DNA of 64,000 nucleotides from Octopus vulgaris (Eukaryota). Below the pieces are notes generated by a model. The model made no database searches. It saw nothing but the letters and a program-made list of their open reading frames with translations, and was not told the origin of the DNA. The stretch lies in NCBI GenBank assembly GCA_951406725.2, contig OX597818.1, positions 59,892,001-59,956,000 on the forward strand, in the 5' to 3' direction. The translations under genes and the position numbers were made by a program. Below, one piece after another: positions 55,221 to 64,000 of the stretch. Within the stretch, counting starts at the first letter, position 1. Each line of letters opens with the position of its first letter.

Positions 55221-55311
55221 TTTTAGTACAATTGTTTCATACAAAGACAGGCTTTATTAAAAGTTGCAAATATTGCAGCAGATAAAAGTGTCCCGTACTC
55301 ATCAGCTAAAA
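55221..55311 (-). ncRNA. Type I hammerhead ribozyme (left arm)
   Basis: Reverse complement of 56523-56613. Confidence 0.82.
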
Positions 55312-56522
55312 CACATATGAGTTCTCCAAACATCTTAGTGGGTGAGGCTACACTCATGAAGTATCGGAGATAATTTCATAAAAAGCAAATTCAGGTTGTA
55401 AACAGACTTCCAAAGTTCTTTAATGATGATGCACAGTCTTATCACAGGTTTTAAAAAAGCTTATTAGCTTCACAGAGAAAGTGAATCAATCCATAGTGTT
55501 GGTGCAAATTTCCAGAGATATGAGGAGGTATTTCATACTCACAGACGATGAATCTATCCATGGTTAATCCACAATGAGGTGGGTATAATTTCATGCTATA
55601 TGATAAGATACTTGTCACACTACTGTTCTCTTCACAAAACTGCTATGTTAGAATTTCTAAAGGCTGAAGGAATTTTGTGGAGCAAAGAAAAGAAAAGAAA
55701 AGAGAAGAAAATAAAAAAGAAAAGAAAAAAAAAAGAAAAAAGAGAAGAAAAAAAGAAAAAAGAAAAAACGCCCACATAGAGTATACTGTGACAACTGAGA
55801 GGGAAGGGGTCACAGGTAACCCCCTACACAGAAGAAGTCTCTTAAATTTGGAGACAGTCAGACTGGCTTAGAATTTGCAGGAATCTAAGAATTATAAGGA
55901 GAATATTATTTTTGACCAGTATACAGCTATTAATTGCCAATCTGACGGAGCTAAAGCAGATATGAGAATCTAAAGAGAGAACAAGGGAAGGGATAGAGGG
56001 GTCAAAGGCTATCATTAGAGGGAAATACATTAAGAGAAATAAGTGCAATACTAGAAGTAGGTCATTTAATTTATTTATTTATTACTGTTACTGTTTATAT
56101 TGTTGTTGTTACTGTCTATACATTGACAGTCAATTTTCTTTTCTTTTCTTTGCTCCACAAAATTCTTTCAGCCTTTAGAAATTCTAACATAGCAGTTTTG
56201 TGAAGAGAACAGTAGTGTGACAAGTATCTTGTCATATAGCATGAAATTATACCCACCTCATTGTGGATTAACCATGGATAGATTCATCGTCTGTGAGTAT
56301 GAAATACCTCCTCATATCTCTGGAAATTTGCACCTACACTATGGATTGATTCACTTTCTCTGTGAAGCTAATAAGCTTTTTAAAACCTGTGATAAGACTG
56401 TGCATCATCATTAAAGAACTTTGGAAGTCTGTTTACAACCTGAATTTGCTTTTTATGAAATTATCTCCGATACTTCATGAGTGTAGCCTCACCCACTAAG
56501 ATGTTTGGAGAACTCATATGTG

Positions 56523-56613
56523 TTTTAGCTGATGAGTACGGGACACTTTTATCTGCTGCAATATTTGCAACTTTTAATAAAGCCTGTCTTTGTATGAAAC
56601 AATTGTACTAAAA
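56523..56613 (+). ncRNA. Type I hammerhead ribozyme (right arm)
   Basis: TTTTAG-CTGATGA-GTAC...GTAT-GAAAC-AATT-GTA-CTAAAA. 6 bp stem I, long stem II, palindromic stem III ACAATTGT, predicted cleavage after 56607. Confidence 0.85.
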
Positions 56614-56641
56614 ACTAATCCATTCTTGTTGCTTCTTTCTC

Positions 56642-56704
<63 letters not shown>

Positions 56705-57456
56705 TGATGAGTACTTGCATGTTGTTTTTGAGCCTAGGATCAGCCCTGGTCCTGAAAACTTATGATCAAAGACGTTCCAGTTCTGGCCAACCAACCGTTA
56801 TTCAAGAACAACATTGTTTAACATGTTTTGTTTTGTTTGTTTTTCTCTTCTTCTTCTTCTTGTTTTCTTTCTTATCGCTTGGTTGTGATTTGCAGATGAT
56901 GCGCTCGCTGTTTTTAGCAGATCGAGTTTCTTCGTTGTCATGCGCATGTATGATGCATTCCGCTGAAAGGAAAAGCGAAAAACATAGAAATCAAGAACTG
57001 TATACAGATACACAGACAGAACGTGGGGGAGGGAATGATAAACAGAGAGAGGGGGAGCAACAGAGAGAGAGAGGAGGGGGGAGATGGAAGCTATCCAATT
57101 CAAGCTGATGAGTGGAAAGTGCCAGGTTAATAAATTATAAATTCGCTGTTACAGTGGATTCCTGTGACGTTTTTACTGACATGTATGAAGATAAATGGAT
57201 GTATTGAATCTAACAACTTTCCCAAGCGTATTAAAAGTTTAAATTGAGTAGTGGAATGGTTTAAGCCAAAAAAATTAATACATAAATAAACTGAAGCATA
57301 TGGCTTCAGATTCGGAATATACTTCAGCTCACGATAGTTGCTGACTCTCAAGAAATCCCAAGTGAACGCTACAATGGAATACAGTTCGCATGTCTGGAGT
57401 TGTGCGAATGTTAATCGTACGCATACGAACATTAAAAAGAAATTCAACCCTGATGA

Positions 57457-57786
57457 GGAGAAGACCCCCTTGCGGTCATGAATGACCATGGGATTGCACC
57501 TAGAAGTTACCCTCCCAGGCACAAATCAGGGCAAGATTGTTTGTGGAAGGCTTAGCAGTCGCCCGTCCATACCGGCCTCCCCCTCTCCACACCACCGATG
57601 TTATCCAAGGCCGATACACCGTGGCACCAATGATGTCGCAACTCGTTTCCACAGCTGAGTTAACTGGAGCAACGTGAAATAAAGTGTCTTGCTCAAGAAC
57701 ACAACACGCAGCCCGGTCCGGGAATCGAACACACAACCTCGCAATCGTAAGCTCTGCGCTCTAAACACTGAGCCATGCGCCTTCAC
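57457..57786 (-). mobile_element. tRNA-derived SINE family D (CORE/V-like)
   Basis: Minus strand GTGAAGGCGCATGGCTCAGTGTTTAGAGC...GTTCGATTCCC...GTGTTCTTGAGCAAGACACTTTAT; TSD-like TCAACCC(T/A)GATGA. Confidence 0.85.
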
Positions 57787-58162
57787 TCAACCCAGATGAT
57801 AGACTGGATATCTCTCACCATACGTGAAGGCGCACAGCCTAGAGGTTCGGGTGTTGCATTCACGTTGTTCTAGTTCACCCAGCTCTAAATGAATAATTCT
57901 GCGACAGATTGGCGTCCCTTTCAGTGGGGTATGTTTCAATCTCAGTCATTTGAACCCCATGGTAACTGGGTAACAGGCGTTAGTTTCAACAATTTCCAAT
58001 CGAAATGATATTAATTTAACAGCATATTAAGTTTTCTGCGATAAGCTAGTAATTCAATACAGGTTCAGGAAGGTGACCTTCTGTTTGGTCAGTCTGACCA
58101 GAAGGAGTTTCATTCTGGCATGATTCGTCACAATTTATACAAATTATTTTCACAGAAACATT

Positions 58163-58510
58163 TTATTCCTTTACTGCCCACAAGTGTCTAAACACAGAGG
58201 GGACAAACAAGGACAGACAAACGGATTAAGTCAATTATATCGACCCCAGTGCGCAACTGGTACTTATTTAATCGATCCCGAAAGGATGAAAGGTAAAGTC
58301 GACTTCGGCGGAATTTGAACTCAGAGTGTAACAGCAGACGAAATACCTGTTCCTTTATTACCCACAAGGGGCTAAACATAGAGGGGACAAACAAGGACAG
58401 ACAAACGGATTAAGTTGATTATATAGACCCAAGTGCGTAACTGGTACTTATTTAATCGACCCCAAAGGATGAAAGGCAAAGTCGACCTCGGCGGAATTTG
58501 AACCCGGAAC
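58163..58510 (-). mobile_element. SINE family B dimer, 5'-truncated
   Basis: Two body units, no head. Confidence 0.85.
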
Positions 58511-58813
58511 TAAATAAAAACACTAGTATCAAAATTTTCTTTCTCTTTTCTTTTTCTTTTTTTATTCTTTCACCTGAACTGTAAACGAATGTACAGATTC
58601 CCTTTTTCTATATTTTTACTATCAATTAAACTATTATATTTGCATTCTTCTTCGTTGCATCTACTTGTACATTTGCTTCCTGAACTAAAGTTGATACATA
58701 GAAGCTTGACCAAGTAAAAAAACAAAAACTTCAAGTATTTAAGCCAATCAATAAATCGGGAAGACTTCAGTGAAGACGTTACTCGAAAAAGAAATAAAAC
58801 AACATTTATAAGA

Positions 58814-59260
58814 GTGAAAAAGGTCTTCCCCTCAACAGACCAAACACTGCACTTAAAATTGGGGCGAGTAAGATGTTATATTATGCCAATCGCCATCTTC
58901 AGTTCAGAACCTTCGAAGCAAAAGAATGTAGATACCTTTCAGATGTGGATCCATCACAGATTAGGCAGAATAAACTGGAAACACACGGCAAAAAATGCTG
59001 CAATACAAGAAAAACTGAAAGTACAAAAACACCAATTGTCAAGAATCAAGTCCAAAAAAGTATCATATTTTGGACATACAATTCCCAAGACCATTTTAGC
59101 AGGAAGCGTTGAAGAGAAAAGAGTGGAAGGGTGATAAAGAGTTTGAGGACAAGCGACGTAAAAAGAAAATTGACTAGAAACAAGAGCCCAGCTGACCGTT
59201 TGTATGCAGCACAACAGATCGAGAAATGATTTGTTTTGGCAAGCCGACTCCTGGACACGA
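58814..59260 (+). mobile_element. RTE/BovB-like LINE C-terminal fragment
   Basis: VDTFQMWIHHRLGRINWKHTAKNAAI...IKSKKVSYFGH...KTILAGSVEEKR matches the RTE C-terminal pattern. Confidence 0.78.
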
Positions 59261-60218
59261 GAAGAGTACCTGGTTGATGTTATTAAATCAGTTATTGACA
59301 ATCTTGTTGCTGTTTGATTTATGTACGTTTATTTCTACACGGAACGTCTCATTCTTCATTCTGTTGCGTTACTTAGCTATTGGAAATACGTGATAGATCG
59401 CTTGGTAATATCACGTAACCAGCTATAGTATAAACATGGGAATAAGTTTTCAATTTGTTAACACCCTTACATCGGAACGTAGCAATAACTCTTAACCTCG
59501 TTTATATAAGGAGCTGCATTATGAGCGAATAGCACGGAGAATAAATGTTACCGAAGCTTATTTTATTAACTTTGGAAGATTGAACCATTAAACGTGACTG
59601 CAAGATCCACTATCCATCAAATACACTCGATATGTTATAGATAGCAGCTAAATCCCTTTCGGAATGATTTCAATCTTTGGCACGATGCTGGCGATTTTAA
59701 AAGAATTGATAAGTTGATTACATCGACCCCAGTTTTCAACCGATAATTATTATAACGACCTCAATGGATAAAAGATAGTCGACTTCGGCAGAATTTCAAC
59801 CCAGCACATAAAGAGCAGGGTTAAATTCCACCAACGATCCTTCCAGTCGCCATTTTAAAAATCTATATCCTACCGTAATTATCAAACATGAAAGGAAACT
59901 TTGACCCTCTAGTCCCATATAATCAAAGGTTGACAGCTAAAACAAAAACCCTATGACCCTAGATCTGCTAAATCAAGACCGATCTGGGACAAGGAACAAG
60001 AATCCTAGAAGAATAAAATACAAAATTGTTCATTTCCAGAAGGAAGTGGAACACTGCGCTAGAGATAGGAGGACATTTTTATTTATTTGTCGCTTAATGA
60101 GACTTCGCTATACATGACCTCTACTTATACGTCTTAAACTGATTGCAATAATTAACTACATTTTTTTGTTTTGCATTACCCTTAACACACGTCATTATCA
60201 AACTTTATGAAGCCAGAT

Positions 60219-60880
60219 TTACACACCTCTCACACACTTCGAACACAAAACTCCTTTTTTCATAGAATTTCTACAATTTCTAATTGTACCGTTTTCCAAG
60301 ATTATTTTCTTTGAAACAATACGCTTCAAGATTTTCACTTCATCCTCCATTCTGTTCATGACCGCAGCCACCAGCCATGCTTCCTTAATCTCGTGGGGCT
60401 CTCTGCCAATTCTTACTCTGGCGACGCGTTTACCACAGTAAGTCAGCAGAGGTACCCATTCCTGTGTCCTTATCGGCACAGTAGAGTGGTTTATTGCGTC
60501 CTCTTAGTTGCCAAACCTTACCTCCACAATGCCGTACTTTCTCCTACGCGTATAAAATGCGGTAAGCCTCTTTACGTCCTCAAGGCCCTACTCTATTGCT
60601 TCTACTGGGGCAACCTCTATCTTTTTATCCGATGTGGATAGCATCCTGTATACCGCTGCCCTCTTCGCCACATTGTTAGTCAATTCTTGCGGTGGGGTCA
60701 GCCTCAAACTGGCTCCTTCCCTTTCTATCAATTTACTACCCTCCTTCCACTTTCTGGGCTCTATCTTAATTTCTCCTACTTCCAGGGCGTTGGTAGATAC
60801 TCCTTTAATTGTGGCTGATGCGTAAGTTCCAGCTGGTTCATGTTTCCTCTCTCCTCTCTTCTCCACTTCACCCATAATTG
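60219..60880 (-). mobile_element. Probable decayed LINE ORF1 fragment (Tx1-like)
   Basis: Broken minus-strand ORFs ...KRAAVYRMLSTSDKKIEVAPVEAIE and LLTYCGKRVARVRIGREPHEIKEAWLVAAV. Family call is inference. Confidence 0.45.
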
Positions 60881-60943
60881 GGGAAGAAAATAAATACAAA
60901 AAACAGGCAAAAACAGCAAAAGTAATTTAACAATTCAACAGAT

Positions 60944-61124
60944 GGCACAGGAGTGGTTGTGTGGTAAGCAGCTTGCTTACTAGCCACATGGTTCCGGGTT
61001 CAGTCCCACTGCGTGGCACCTTGGGCAAGTGTCTTCTACTATAGCCTCGGGCCGACCAAAGCCTTGTGAGTGGATTTGGTTGACGGAAACTGAAAGAAGC
61101 CGTCGTATATATATATATATGTAT

Positions 61125-61199
<75 letters not shown>

Positions 61200-61412
61200 T
61201 GTGTATGTTTGTGTGTCTGTGTTTGTCCCCCCCCCAACATCGCTTGACAACCGATGCTGGTGTGTTTACGTCCCCGTAATTTACCGGTTCGGCAAAAGGG
61301 ACCGATAGAATATGTACTAGGCTTACAAAGAATAAGCCCTGGGGTCGATTTGCTCGACTAAAGGCGGTGCTCCAGCATGGCTGCTGTCAAATGACTGAGA
61401 CAAATAAAAGAA
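60944..61412 (+). mobile_element. SINE family A
   Basis: Family A with internal (TG)n. Confidence 0.92.
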
Positions 61413-61610
61413 AAATCCTGCTTGCTGTTTCTGTCCACTATTTATCAGTAGTGGAACAGTTCACTTCTCACTTGGAGGTGTCCGTCACAACAGTATGAAA
61501 CAAGATGTATGACGCAAGTAGAACTTCAATGGAGGTTTTAACTGCTTAAGAATTCATTCATCTTATGTCATCACCTTAGTTATACTGGTTTATGATGACG
61601 TTTATACATG

Positions 61611-61715
<105 letters not shown>

Positions 61716-61748
61716 TTTATTTTAAGCAGCAGAAAATTCAACAAGATT

Positions 61749-61785
61749 TGTTACTCTGAGTTTCTCGTTGCCGTTCATCAGACAG
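61749..61785 (-). ncRNA. Type I hammerhead-like ribozyme in a ~130 bp island (61714-61844) within (TA)n
   Basis: Minus strand TGT-CTGATGA-ACG-GCAA-CGA-GAAA-CTCAGAG-TA-ACA. Intact core, short stem II with GNRA loop, near-palindromic stem III. Confidence 0.65.
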
Positions 61786-61842
61786 TTTTGCTAGAATGGG
61801 TACTCTTTTTTCCACCTTGTTTCACATTTATGTGTTTACTCC

Positions 61843-62273
<431 letters not shown>

Positions 62274-62279
62274 TATATG

Positions 62280-62314
<35 letters not shown>

Positions 62315-63777
62315 ATGGGGGTATGTATGTGTGTATGTATCTATGTATGTATTTAAGCAAATAAAATGAGAGGTAAACGGCAAGAATGATTTTTATACTT
62401 TCGTAAAGAGCACAGATGTTCAAAATCCACTAGCAAATCGTGGTAGATTAGGAAACTGCTGTAATATTGCTTGCGTGTGTGTGTCATACGATACGAATTT
62501 AAGGCCAACGAAGATTGCGAGTCCCACACATTTCCTTAATAGCTGGGTATTACCTATTCATATTACATTAAATTTCACGGTCACAAAGACCATCAGATAA
62601 TGTGCATTAGTTTCTAGTTAATATTTAATATAGATATAAAAAACAAACATTATATCATTTATCATTCATTCGTTATATTACGAATTTTTAACCGTTGGAT
62701 ATCTAATAAATCTGTGTTCAGTAAGTCCGACAGTGCATATAGAGTATATGTGGATGTTTAGAATAATCCATTTCTCTTATAGCTCCGTCTCATTTCACAT
62801 TAATATTATCTGCATAGATTACTTCGGTTTAACAACAAGTCAATTTAAAAGTGGATATTATCAGCATAATTCTTCCTTTGAAATATTACAAAGCTGTTTC
62901 AGTTCTAGTCGAGTGCAATTATCTGGAGAGGGCTTTGATGTGGTTTTTGCTTGCGTATTTTAGAAATAATAATAATTTAATTATTAGATTGGATTTTTCA
63001 GGCGTACTATTATCTTAAACTACCTCATTTTGTAATTCATATTCTCTTGAGAAACTCATAATTTTAAAAAGAATACAAAAGCTTTTAATAAGCCTATTGA
63101 ATTATTTCTTTATGTTCGAATAGGCCATACTTTCTGCACAGTAATATGATAACTCACTAAGCATACGGTTAAATACCGATAGATTATGACACTTTTATCA
63201 TTATTTAATGTGCTTTGTATGCAGCAATAGGTTTAGAGATCTCTCCTTAAATATATAACTTCTAGTTCATTCTGGATTATTACTTGCAGAGACACATATG
63301 AATTACGTTTAATTCTATTCGTATAAAGGCCAATTTAAACAAACCCACAATGGCATATCTTTAATAAATTGCACATTAATTATCATTATGCCATTTAAAC
63401 ACACACACACACACACACAGATATATACACATCCGCTGTACGTCGATACAACGCCTTTGGCACATCAGCTTATTCGTCACTAATGAATTAAATCTGATTT
63501 TTCACATGATATATCTCAGTATGAAAAGGTAAGAATCAAAGACCTAAATAACAAGGACGTTATGTTGGCGAAACTTTGAAGTTAGCCTGTGAATATGATG
63601 CTTAACGCATATGTATGTATGTATGCGTGTATACGTATATTCAAGTAATTTAACTGATATAAAGACATATTACATGGTAAGATTTCAACAATTAGAGAAG
63701 CACTCGACGATCAGCTTAGGAGGTAAACATAATCCTAAAATAAAAAACACAAATCTCGTTAATATAATAATATAAAG

Positions 63778-63857
<80 letters not shown>

Positions 63858-64000
63858 GAGATGTACTTGATAGCGAGTGACCTGATCTGAGATCGTGTGC
63901 TGGAACGAAAACAATTGCAGCGTGGAAGGCGTTTGTAAGCCATTTAAGAAACACACAAAATCCGTTAGATTCACTTCTACATTTAAATTTAATTTGTCAA

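Larger units (their letters stand above)
55191..56643. mobile_element. Non-coding element with ~510 bp near-perfect inverted arms, each carrying a hammerhead (inverted PLE pseudo-LTR-like)
   Basis: 55191-55701 is the reverse complement of 56134-56643 with about four differences seen by eye; ~430 bp spacer. Confidence 0.85.

Noticed and set aside
57105-57125. CTGATGAGTGGAAAG (also CTGATGAG at 57450 and CTGAAGAG at 37541)
   Set aside because: No stem II/III; expected by chance or part of a TSD.
63853-64000. Repeat-like sequence after (TA)n at the window end, possibly another PLE terminus
   Set aside because: Truncated by the window edge; no diagnostic motif visible.

Overview
AT-rich, repeat-dense eukaryotic DNA. 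The tRNA-headed SINE families and huge (TA)n/(TG)n/(GATA)n tracts suggest an octopus (coleoid cephalopod) genome; this is an inference from repeat content. No intact protein-coding gene can be supported, and nearly all ORF-track entries come from microsatellites or SINEs. The window holds at least five SINE families (labelled A-E here), three decayed mariner elements, a Chapaev3-like transposase relic and a non-autonomous Helitron. It also holds several MITEs and LINE fragments: RTE, Tx1/L1-like, HERO-like, R4-like, and a Penelope GIY-YIG domain. There is one strong candidate minus-strand exon (9001-9109). The most interesting signal is a set of type I hammerhead ribozyme motifs in at least five unrelated small non-coding elements, consistent with Penelope-like elements (PLEs) or retrozymes. 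These include a tRNA-head/(AAT)n/hammerhead composite (3290-3858) and a 1.45 kb element with near-perfect 510 bp inverted arms, each carrying a hammerhead (55191-56643). Coordinates were counted by eye and may be off by a few bases.
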